Shown: piece by piece, positions 10,918 through 20,086 of the stretch | Layout: each line of letters opens with the position of its first letter | Numbering within the stretch: the stretch's first letter is position 1 | Assembly (NCBI GenBank): GCA_009859145.1 | Contig: VRVR01000052.1 | Location: 159,943-223,942, forward strand | DNA length: 64,000 nt | Source: Andalucia godoyi And28 | Taxonomy: Eukaryota > Protista > Jakobida | Reading direction: 5' to 3' | Notes under the pieces: generated by a model | The model's input: the letters and a program-made list of their open reading frames with translations, nothing else | Databases searched by the model: none | Told to the model about the DNA's origin: nothing | Program-made: the position numbers and the translations under genes

Positions 10918-13900
10918 ATGGAGCTTGAGAAGCTGGCGGTGAAGGCGCAGTCTTTGGGGCTGCCGGATGTGCGATCAGAGCCGTGCTTGTCCATCGCAGT
11001 GTCGTATCTTCCTGTTGTTTCTCCTGCAAATCCTGCACATTCTGCAGTTTCGATCGTAGAAACGAGTCTTACTTCTGCGACCGTCTCGGTATCGGGCTCG
11101 CCGTTTCACGTGTCCAAGGCGTTCGTGAGCAGAAGCCTTGATTTTTTGGATTCGCTGTTCAACTCAACCATACAGCCTATCGTCGGTGATGTCGAAAGCG
11201 GGTATTCGGCAAACATTGTGACGTTTGGCCAGCGGTTTTCAGGAAAGTCGACGCTGCTATTCCACCCGACATCGGGGCTGCTGAAGCGCATTGCCTCCGT
11301 TTTTGAAGCGCATGGAACGAAATACGCGGTTTCGATATTTGAGTTTGATGATCGAAACGAAGTCCGGGACTTGTTGGATGCCGACGGCGGAAATTCGGCT
11401 GGAAAGAAGCTGGTTGATTTTTCTGCGATCCGGGTCTGCAAAACAGAGAATTCGCAGGCGCTGTTTTCACTTGTGCAGTGCGCAATGGCATATCGAGCGC
11501 ATCTAGCAGGCTGCGCGTCTTCCGGTGGAGACAGTCTCCCGCTCTCGAAGCCGTTGCTGGATGTCGTTTGTTCCAAAGAGCTGTTCTCGCATGTTGTGAT
11601 CCGACTTGCGGTGCTCAGACCGCAAGGGAATTCATACCTGCACATTGTTGATTTGTGCGGAAACGCTCGTCAGTCGTCGCACCTCAGTGCAAAGACTGAA
11701 GAAGTGGCACGACAATCGAGTGTGAATCGCCAGCTGTTTTCAGTATCAAGAGTCTTGAATGACCTCGCGCACAAGAAGAGCGTCATTCCCGCTCGGCGAG
11801 AAAGCAGAATTGCCTCGTTCTTGTGTGATGTTCTAAACTCGGACGATCAAGCCCAGCCGGATTCGCCACTTGCGCCTTCGCTGTTTCCTCGAAACTGCTT
11901 CTTATTTTGCTTGTTGAATGACGAGGAAAGCGTACAGGAAAGCATGTCAACTATGAGCTCAGCCCAGGCCTTGAAGTATTGGAAGACGGTGTTTGTCAAG
12001 GCGGAAAAAACGGCAGAGCTGTTCAAGACGCACCATCTTACACTTACGGGATGGGCAGACGCGCAGAATGTTGTTTCGTCGTTTGAGGATTCTGTGATGA
12101 GCCGAAGGTCAGAGAGACAGAAGCTCAGCAAACAGAGCCAGAAGTTTGAACTGAAGCACAGGGAAGAAATCGAGGCTGCGAAGCGGACGCGATCTTCGAA
12201 GGTCCAGAGCAGCAGCACAGCGTCTTCTGAGAAGGACAATGACGCGTCGGAGAGCATTCATGCAGCATCGGAGCAGACAAATGGCACATCAGCGTCTCGG
12301 GTAGCGCGGCATGGAAAGAGCCATCAAGCGCAACAGGAACGACAGACGCGGGAATTTGGCGATCAATACGAGGCCATTTCGAGAAACGAATATGAACACT
12401 TACTTCACAACGTGGATGCAAATGGCAAACAGGAGGATTTTGATAACTTGGCGGACAAGCTAATGGAGCCCGTATCGAGCAAAAAAGTCGCATCCAAAAT
12501 TCGTCCTTCTTCTTCTTCTTCTTCTTCTTCTTCTTCTTCTTCTTCTTCTTCTACTGATTCCGATAATGATTCTCCAGATCATGGAGCCTCCTCCAAAGGC
12601 GCCGAGGTGAAAAAGCGGAGCGACCATGTACAGTTTGAGGTGGAGCCCGCGGAGAGTGCGCAGCTCACGGTCGCAGATCGAAGGGAAATCCAGAGTTTGC
12701 GATATTCTGAACGAAATAATCTTCCACGGGGTCACCACAGCAGTTCCATTCCGTTGACGTCTGCAGAAGTGTATTATCGATTGTCGGACCCCAGCATTTC
12801 CGAGCACCAGAAAGTGCTGGAAAAGGAAGTGGCACAGTATTCGCTGGAATTCTTGGAGAAGAACTACCAGACAATTGCGTCGTTGTATGAAGCGGAGAGA
12901 AAGAGACGCGAAGAGACAGAGGACGACATGAAAAGAATGAAGCGGGACGTGGAGGAAATGCGTGCGAGTGCAGAGTACGAGATTGAGAAGGAGCGTGCGG
13001 AAGCACTCCGATGGAAGCATCGCGTTAAACAATTGCAAACAGAGACACGGTTTGCAGAAGTGTTTGAGGAATACGAACGGGAGATTGAAAGGCTGCAAAA
13101 GAAAGGCAGCCAAGTGGATCATTGCACCGAAGAGGAGTTGGAGGCAGAGCTCTTTGGAAACAAAAAGAGAGGAAGTACGAATGCTGCCTCGCGCGGGACC
13201 GGCGGAGGAGACAAGAGTCCTTCGAAATCCAAGAGTGAAGCGCCAAAGGATCCAAAAGGCGGATCCCACGTTCCGTCTCTTCTTGCGCAGATCGAGCGGT
13301 TGGAAGAGGAGAATGTACAGCTTCGAAAGAAGGACCGTCAGGTTGTTTTGCTTCGGAAATACCTGGATGACTCAACTCAGAAAATTCATACGCTCATGCG
13401 AGAGTTGGAGAAGGCGCATGCTGCCTTGATTTGCAAGAATACCGAGCTGGTGAAGAATGATTCGAAGAGCAGCCAGATCGAGGAGGAATACAAAGCAATC
13501 GAGCGCGAGAATGCCATTTTGCGCAGCGAAAACGATTTGCTGAGGGGCGACGTCGAGGAACTCAGAGTATTTTCCAAGAAACTGCGATCCGTTCGAAAGA
13601 TGGAGGAGATGGTCGGAGTTCCGGAGCCGTCCAGCTTTCACAATCGATCTCACCAAAAGACCGGCGGGGTCGTGCCGAACAAGAGACCCGCATCCGCCGC
13701 TCCAGGGTCTTTCAACTCTGCGGCAAGCACGCATGCTTCGTCGATTCGGGACATTCAGCAAAAGGCTGCAGGACTTAGAAAACGTCTCTTCGACGGTGTA
13801 CAGAAATTATCTCTCTTGTTCCCGCAGTCTGCAGATCGTGCAAAGCTTGTCTGGAATGAGCTGCAAGGCGCAGTTGAAGATGTTGAAACGGAGCTCTTTG

Positions 13901-14067
13901 AGTTTGCAGCTCGAGCGAAGGACGCCGTAGAGGTCGTGTTGACGCTCAAGCGGGAGCACATGCTGGAAGATTCCGTCCGTGTGCCCTCCGACCGAGTCTT
14001 GGGAGTATCGAGACCGAAGAAGGACCAATCCCCTCCTCGTTCTTCATTGAAGTCACTTAACAAGTGA
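10918..14067 (+). CDS. Highly divergent kinesin-like motor domain plus long coiled coil
   Basis: P-loop FGQRFSGKST; degenerate switch I (LFSH), switch II (IVDLCGN), VNRQL and IPARRESRI in kinesin order; heptad-rich C-terminal half. Confidence 0.8.
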   Translation: MELEKLAVKAQSLGLPDVRSEPCLSIAVSYLPVVSPANPAHSAVSIVETSLTSATVSVSGSPFHVSKAFVSRSLDFLDSLFNSTIQPIVGDVESGYSANIVTFGQRFSGKSTLLFHPTSGLLKRIASVFEAHGTKYAVSIFEFDDRNEVRDLLDADGGNSAGKKLVDFSAIRVCKTENSQALFSLVQCAMAYRAHLAGCASSGGDSLPLSKPLLDVVCSKELFSHVVIRLAVLRPQGNSYLHIVDLCGNARQSSHLSAKTEEVARQSSVNRQLFSVSRVLNDLAHKKSVIPARRESRIASFLCDVLNSDDQAQPDSPLAPSLFPRNCFLFCLLNDEESVQESMSTMSSAQALKYWKTVFVKAEKTAELFKTHHLTLTGWADAQNVVSSFEDSVMSRRSERQKLSKQSQKFELKHREEIEAAKRTRSSKVQSSSTASSEKDNDASESIHAASEQTNGTSASRVARHGKSHQAQQERQTREFGDQYEAISRNEYEHLLHNVDANGKQEDFDNLADKLMEPVSSKKVASKIRPSSSSSSSSSSSSSSSTDSDNDSPDHGASSKGAEVKKRSDHVQFEVEPAESAQLTVADRREIQSLRYSERNNLPRGHHSSSIPLTSAEVYYRLSDPSISEHQKVLEKEVAQYSLEFLEKNYQTIASLYEAERKRREETEDDMKRMKRDVEEMRASAEYEIEKERAEALRWKHRVKQLQTETRFAEVFEEYEREIERLQKKGSQVDHCTEEELEAELFGNKKRGSTNAASRGTGGGDKSPSKSKSEAPKDPKGGSHVPSLLAQIERLEEENVQLRKKDRQVVLLRKYLDDSTQKIHTLMRELEKAHAALICKNTELVKNDSKSSQIEEEYKAIERENAILRSENDLLRGDVEELRVFSKKLRSVRKMEEMVGVPEPSSFHNRSHQKTGGVVPNKRPASAAPGSFNSAASTHASSIRDIQQKAAGLRKRLFDGVQKLSLLFPQSADRAKLVWNELQGAVEDVETELFEFAARAKDAVEVVLTLKREHMLEDSVRVPSDRVLGVSRPKKDQSPPRSSLKSLNK

Positions 14068-14099
14068 ATCCGGTTTATTGCGATTTTCTTCCTCCTCCT

Positions 14100-16757
14100 C
14101 TACACTTTCAGTCGTGCAATCGCGACGGACTGCACCGGGTCCCTGTTGTCGCCAAGAGACACGTCATCCACTGCAGCACATTCCATAAGCAACTGCACGA
14201 CGCGGAGCCATTTCCCAAACGGAATTCTGAGCGACGTCTCTAGCGAATGTCTGTCTTTGGCTCTCGAATAGTAGTACTCTTGCCAGAAGCCAAGAAGCTC
14301 GGCATACTGTTTTCGTGTTTCCAGCGGAACCGAGTACCACAGGCGGCGGACAAGGTCGACATTGTCCAGCGGGACAAAGAATAAAAGGCAAGTATTCATG
14401 CAACAGAGATTGGATTGACAAACATTCACTGGCGTGACGCGAGACATCATATCCGCGAGAAACACCTCGCGGTTCCGGAGCAGATACGCCGCGAAGTTCT
14501 CCGAGGCCGGACCGTCAACTAACAAACCAGAGCTGTGGTCTCTGCATACAGGCTTGGATCTTGAGCCCGTCAAGAACTCGTGGGACAGCAGCACCCCGCG
14601 CAAAAAGACGTTTGAATCGATCAAATGTTGCTTTGTGATCTGCATCAACTTGGAAATCGAGCCGTAGTTCTCCAGACACAAGTGGTAGAAGACGTCGGTG
14701 GTGGACGGGTTGAACTTTAGACACTCCGACAGCAGGTCAAAAATGGGCTGGAGCGAATCCGCGGTCTTGAACGATTCGCTGCATACTTGCTGCAGACAAT
14801 ATTCGATGACACCACACTCGAGGCCAACAAAGTGCTGTAGAGACGCATCCTGACACCGAAGATAGGCTTCAAGACAGATTGCACAGGATGAACGGTACCG
14901 GGTTTCGTCCGGTAAGCTCTTGAGTGTCTTCGCAATGATGCGCACCAGTCTCTGGCAAGACGGAGTCCGTTTCACTTCCATATTGGAATCATCACGGTCG
15001 TTGAAAATAGCAAGGATGAGGCGGAGCAGCTGCATTTTGACGGAGAAATCCGCAGAGCACTGGCAGTCTGGTCCGTGCGACAAGTGCTGAACAAAGGGCG
15101 CTTCATGACGAGGGTCCCAGTCAATGGACTCCATCAGCATGCACAAACGGTCGAAAATGCCCAAGTCGGTCAGCTTCCGAACTGCATCGTACCTTCGACG
15201 GCCCTGGCACAAAGAACCGAGGAGGAACAACAGTTCAAACTGGTTCGATGTTGCCCACCACGCCGCAGACATGAAGTCCTTAGGAACCAAATCAAATCGA
15301 AACGCCATCATATCCTCATTGTTTGGTCGATAGGGCAGCATGCAGCGCTCCTTGGTCCATTCGCTCTCTCTTGACATGGGAATTGGGAAGAACACAACGG
15401 TGCTCCACAGCGGATGCTCGTGGTTACGAGCCATCATAAAATGCATTGTGCGAGAGCACTGCGTCGCGAGAATTGAAACGTAGAACAGGACTCTCTTCAG
15501 AAGGCCGTCATGAGCCAGAACAAGCGATTGGTTACGGGTTGCAGGATCGCACGCCCGCATTCTCGAGCTATTGAAAATCGACAATAGCTTTGCCGTTCCC
15601 GTGATGGAATACTGCTGGTCCTTCAGATTGTCCATATGGTCAAAGACAGACACCGCAAGCAAGCGGCACCCAATCGAAAAGTCTTCTGCACACCCGCCGG
15701 CGATCCGTTTCAACACCCCGTTCTCTGGATCAATGGCAACCGCCCCGCCTCGGACGCTCAGCAGCTCCTCAATCGTCGTGCATGCCGCTGCAAACAAGCT
15801 CTGATGCGACTCCACAATACTGTACAGCACAGAGATCAGCTCGGGCGACGCAGAAGGATCGTCAGGCCCAAGGATGTAATTTGAAAACATGAGACTCTTC
15901 TTCATCAGCGCCAGCAACTCCCCCATCATAATCGTGAATTCCTGTTCCCGATACATTGATTTCAATTGCTGGTAGTTCATCACTAGTCGAGAAGCAACGT
16001 GGAATCCACCGCACGAAAGAAACGACGAAACAAACTCTCGTTGTGCCCCGTTTCCATCATCATGAGCATCCGCACCCGCACCCGCACCCGCCCCAACGTC
16101 GCTGCCGTCTGCGATCGGTGGAAATCTCATACTCACAGCCTGGATCGCCCGGATCGCCTCAAACCCATGCCCGCTCTTCAGCGACAACATCATCAGCAGC
16201 AACAATTCTGGGGCATTTCCCATCATCAACGACACTTTGGAGAACAGCTTTCGATTCAACGCGTATATCCCAGTCATCTGTCGTCCGTGCGTCCGGCTGT
16301 TTCGCGCCACCTGCAAGGCATTCCATTGCGGTGCATGCAAAGATAGAACACCCGCTGTTCGCGGAAGGAATTCAAACACCCGCGACTTGTCTGCAGGGTC
16401 GCAAAACGACTTGTTATTTACCGCCACGCTTCCCTTTCCCTTTCCCTTTCTCTCCTCGTCCTTTCTCTTCTGTTCCGAATCGCCCTCTAACCCGCGCAAA
16501 AAATACTCATGTTCGTGCTCGTGCTCGTGCTCGTCATCGAGGTTGTTGTGGTTGTAATGATGACCGTGCTGTTCCAAATGGGCCGTTTCTTCTGCAATTT
16601 CACTCTCCAATGCCTGCAGTTCGTCGCCGCCAGGAAAGTCCAAGTCGGACTGCTCAATGCTCCGAAACAGCTCTTGAAGTGACGCATGGTCCGTCAATAT
16701 CGCCCGAATCTGCTCTTCCGTATAAAACGGCCGAAGCAACCTGCTAATCTCATCCAT
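14100..16757 (-). CDS. TRPC4AP: TRPC4AP/TRUSS-like protein
   Basis: FELLFLLGSLCQG, CQCSADFSVKMQLLRLI, AICLEAYLR, IFDLLSECLKFN, LIDSNVFLR and LCCMNTCL resemble conserved TRPC4AP blocks. Confidence 0.75.
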   Translation of the reverse strand: MDEISRLLRPFYTEEQIRAILTDHASLQELFRSIEQSDLDFPGGDELQALESEIAEETAHLEQHGHHYNHNNLDDEHEHEHEHEYFLRGLEGDSEQKRKDEERKGKGKGSVAVNNKSFCDPADKSRVFEFLPRTAGVLSLHAPQWNALQVARNSRTHGRQMTGIYALNRKLFSKVSLMMGNAPELLLLMMLSLKSGHGFEAIRAIQAVSMRFPPIADGSDVGAGAGAGADAHDDGNGAQREFVSSFLSCGGFHVASRLVMNYQQLKSMYREQEFTIMMGELLALMKKSLMFSNYILGPDDPSASPELISVLYSIVESHQSLFAAACTTIEELLSVRGGAVAIDPENGVLKRIAGGCAEDFSIGCRLLAVSVFDHMDNLKDQQYSITGTAKLLSIFNSSRMRACDPATRNQSLVLAHDGLLKRVLFYVSILATQCSRTMHFMMARNHEHPLWSTVVFFPIPMSRESEWTKERCMLPYRPNNEDMMAFRFDLVPKDFMSAAWWATSNQFELLFLLGSLCQGRRRYDAVRKLTDLGIFDRLCMLMESIDWDPRHEAPFVQHLSHGPDCQCSADFSVKMQLLRLILAIFNDRDDSNMEVKRTPSCQRLVRIIAKTLKSLPDETRYRSSCAICLEAYLRCQDASLQHFVGLECGVIEYCLQQVCSESFKTADSLQPIFDLLSECLKFNPSTTDVFYHLCLENYGSISKLMQITKQHLIDSNVFLRGVLLSHEFLTGSRSKPVCRDHSSGLLVDGPASENFAAYLLRNREVFLADMMSRVTPVNVCQSNLCCMNTCLLFFVPLDNVDLVRRLWYSVPLETRKQYAELLGFWQEYYYSRAKDRHSLETSLRIPFGKWLRVVQLLMECAAVDDVSLGDNRDPVQSVAIARLKV

Positions 16758-17117
16758 TCCAAACGTTCAAACTTTTAGCTCTTTCCAATGCGAACCTCCC
16801 ACACTCACGCACTCACAAACAAGAAACAGAAATGCAACAGGGAGAAAAAATACAATCAGGAAAACGTTTGTGAAAATCCCTCAAAAAATTACATATATAT
16901 ATATATAAAGTAAAGAGAATAAGTAAATCATATGAAATTCACTGTTTGAGTAAATCAGAGAAGTTAAAACTTTTCGCACCCTTCCGATCCGCCTGCCGTA
17001 GTCCAGCTCGTCACCTGAGCTGCTGTACTCCGCCACGCCTGCCTTTTCGCCTTCACGTGTGTCTGGGGTCCTCTTTCCATTGCCTCTTTGATTTCCTTTT
17101 ATTTTTCCAGCTTTGGA

Positions 17118-17126
17118 TTATTATTA

Positions 17127-17173
<47 letters not shown>

Positions 17174-17205
17174 ATTGATAATTGATAATAATAATAATTA
17201 TTATT
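17118..17205. repeat. (ATT)n/(ATA)n microsatellite
   Basis: Run of ATT trinucleotides upstream of CNOT11. Confidence 0.95.
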
Positions 17206-17371
17206 TGCTGTATTTTTCTTTTCTGTTCTTTTCTTTTCTTTCTTTCTTTCTTTTGATTTGTGATTTTGTGATTTTGTGATTTTGTGATTTTGTTCTGCCC
17301 CAGTTGTTTCTGTGCTGGTTTTTTAATTCGGTTCTGTGCATTTCAGACGCTTTTTGGGGAGGGCGGGAGAA

Positions 17372-19483
17372 ATGGATGTATACGCGGTTCTCGATCGGCA
17401 TTCTGTGCTGTCGCTAAGTGACATGCAGGCTGCTCTTCGGTCCTATTTGGCAAGCGTCCTTCCAGCATCACCGGTGCCACTGTTGTCGTCTGCGAGCTCC
17501 GTGTCTGACATTCTGGTGTGCATCTCGCTGCTTTTGCAAGACAGGTTTTTGGATACGCCGCAGCTGCGAATTGCGGCGCATGTGCTGCTGTACTTGCTGT
17601 GTGAGTGCGGAGGAAAGGCTGGTGCGGGTGCGCATTATGTGCTGTACTCTGCACTGCAGCAGGCCGACCGACTTGGATCTGCACTCGCGCTCTCCGCATC
17701 ATCAACGACATCGAATGCGGCTTCGAATGCGGCGGCTTCCAGTGCATCATCAAGTTCGGCGAGTTCCGCAAATGCAGAGTCGTCGGTTTCGGACTCGTCT
17801 GCGAGTTTGAACGCGTCGGTTGGTGCCAAGGGTTCGTCGAGCTCGCTTTCTGCGCTTATGGAGCAGGTTCATTTCTCCGGCTCGGTGAGTGGCGCGTCCG
17901 GTTTGCTCAAGCAAAACAGCGTTCCGAACAGCCCAACGGCTGGATCCAGTAGTAATCTTCTGGCGGCAGCCGGTCCCGGTTCCGGAGGGGTTCCTTCGTC
18001 GCCGACGTCTTCGACCAGTGCAGGGACATCAAGCAGGTGGCTCTGCAAACCGATGGCGATCCGGCTGCATGAAACGCTTGCCGAGGAGTACTTTTTGTTG
18101 CTTGTAATGATGGGAAAGCTAAAGACACCCGGATTTTCCATTGGCGGAACCTATTCGCTTCAGGATGCGACCATCGATGGTCTGCTGCGTGCGTTTTCAA
18201 GACCTTTGCTGGACGGAATGCTGGCTTCTCTGGACACGGATGCGACATTCGTCAAGTTTGTGCAAACGGCTGAGTCGGAAAAGGCGCACTCGTTGCTCGG
18301 ATTCGAAGCTTCCGCAGTGTCGCCGTTTCTGGTTCTTGCAAAGTCCCCGTCGATTCACAGATCGCACCTGTCGAAACGGCAGCTGAGGAACGTGTTTGCC
18401 GACAAGCCGTCTGGTGGGGTTGTTAGCTCAGGCAGCGGCAGCGGCAGCACCGCCACCACCACCACCACCACCAGCGCCGCCGCCGCCGCCGGCACATCTT
18501 TAACAAGCGCCGGCAGCGCAATGCTGGAAACATACCCAACTAGCGCCGCAGGGACCACAGCTGCCACGCTGTCGACATCTTTGTTTTACCCCGTTGTTAC
18601 GACGCCTGAAGAGTCGTTTTTGCCTCAATTTGAATCTGTTGCGAGCCATTTCACCCTCGACGAAGTGTTGCAGTCGAACACGAACCCGAATGCTGGAAGC
18701 ACGAGTCCAAAGGACAATGCAGCCGCGTCTGCGTCCGGGACTGCAAACACGATGTTTTCGCAGCGCTTCCGACCGTCTTGGGTAACGCTTATGCCGCCAG
18801 TCATGGATCCGCTTCCAACGGAGATGCAGTGGTCGCTGCCGACGATATTTCCGCACAATGCAGTGTGGGACGACAACATTCCTGCCGAGATGCGCGAGAC
18901 TCGCTTGCCTACGATGGATCTTCTGAAGAAGGCGTTCAAGTCCACACTTGTTCCATCACAAACCCAGCAAGTCGTCGAGGACATCGACGCTGCCTTTTTG
19001 AAGAAGCAGGTAGCGGTTGTTCAAGAAAAGATGCCGGAGCTGGTTGAGCACAATCCAAACATTGCGGCACATGTCTTGGAGGTGCTTGGAACTGTGGATG
19101 CAAAACTTTCCGAGTCCATGCTTGAGGGCGTCATTAAGATGCCGATGAGCTTGCATGTCATTGAAGTCGTGAATCGGCTCATCACCAACGCAACCGCAAA
19201 TGCAGCTGCAGGCAACAGGGTGTTCGTATTCCCTCGATCTTTGCTCTTCCAGTTTCTGTCCAACTGCGTTGCGTCCTGTGAACGAACTCCTGATCCATAC
19301 ATGCAGACCCGGCTCGTGCGGCTTCTCTGCGTCTTTGCCCAGTCGCTGCTTCGCAACAAGATTGTCCTGGCGCAGCAAGTCGCCCCGGAGCTGATGCCGT
19401 TCTGTGTCCAGTTTTCACGAGTTGCAGACGCTCAGAAACTCTACGAAAGCCTCGCGTCTCTTCAACGACCTGACACGGTCTAG
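17372..19483 (+). CDS. CNOT11: CCR4-NOT subunit 11
   Basis: C-terminal FRPSWVTLMPP, PELVEHNP, SLHVIEVVNRL and QTRLVRLLCVFAQSLLRNK. First ATG at 17372. Confidence 0.9.
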   Translation: MDVYAVLDRHSVLSLSDMQAALRSYLASVLPASPVPLLSSASSVSDILVCISLLLQDRFLDTPQLRIAAHVLLYLLCECGGKAGAGAHYVLYSALQQADRLGSALALSASSTTSNAASNAAASSASSSSASSANAESSVSDSSASLNASVGAKGSSSSLSALMEQVHFSGSVSGASGLLKQNSVPNSPTAGSSSNLLAAAGPGSGGVPSSPTSSTSAGTSSRWLCKPMAIRLHETLAEEYFLLLVMMGKLKTPGFSIGGTYSLQDATIDGLLRAFSRPLLDGMLASLDTDATFVKFVQTAESEKAHSLLGFEASAVSPFLVLAKSPSIHRSHLSKRQLRNVFADKPSGGVVSSGSGSGSTATTTTTTSAAAAAGTSLTSAGSAMLETYPTSAAGTTAATLSTSLFYPVVTTPEESFLPQFESVASHFTLDEVLQSNTNPNAGSTSPKDNAAASASGTANTMFSQRFRPSWVTLMPPVMDPLPTEMQWSLPTIFPHNAVWDDNIPAEMRETRLPTMDLLKKAFKSTLVPSQTQQVVEDIDAAFLKKQVAVVQEKMPELVEHNPNIAAHVLEVLGTVDAKLSESMLEGVIKMPMSLHVIEVVNRLITNATANAAAGNRVFVFPRSLLFQFLSNCVASCERTPDPYMQTRLVRLLCVFAQSLLRNKIVLAQQVAPELMPFCVQFSRVADAQKLYESLASLQRPDTV

Positions 19484-19493
19484 CTGCTCCCTC

Positions 19494-19558
<65 letters not shown>
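19494..19558. repeat. (CT)n(CA)n compound microsatellite
   Basis: Directly visible after the CNOT11 stop. Confidence 0.95.
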
Positions 19559-19560
<2 letters not shown>

Positions 19561-19718
19561 CTATACTTACTTACTCCTACCTACCTTACCTTATTTCTTT
19601 CTTTTCTTTTCTTTTTCTTTTCTTTTTTCTTTTTTTTTTTTTCCTTTTCCGCTCCTTCTTTTTTGGCTCTCTCTGCAATAAACATGCGGGAAGACCCGCT
19701 GAGAACAGCTGTACCGTT

Positions 19719-19808
19719 GTATGATCTGTACGCCTAGTATGAGCTGTACGCCTAGTATGATCTGTACGCCAAGTATGAGCTGTACGCCAAGTATGAGCTG
19801 CACGCCTT
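19719..19808. repeat. Minisatellite, 5 x 18 bp GTATGA(T/G)CTG(T/C)ACGCC(T/A)(A/T)
   Basis: Five contiguous units starting at 19719, 19737, 19755, 19773 and 19791; no spacers. Confidence 0.95.
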
Positions 19809-20086
19809 GCACCATTCTTTTTCGTTTTGTTTGTCAGTCCTTGCGCCTCCCTCTCTCCGAGGGGAAACGTCAGTGCGGCAGACCGTACTGTCTGCATGAT
19901 CTTCACGCACCCATCTCGTATAAACTGGGAGAAAAAAAGAGAAGAGGAAGAAGAAGAAGAAGTCGGAAACAGAAAAAAACAGCAAACAAAAAACGAACTG
20001 ATATAATCAAAACAGAAGAAGGGATGAAAGGTAGAAATCGCATGGGAATGCCGGGCAGTGTCACGAACTCGTCTGCAGTGGACCAT

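Noticed and set aside
19719-19808. Possible CRISPR array
   Set aside because: Units are contiguous with no unique spacers, and the context is eukaryotic with no cas genes.
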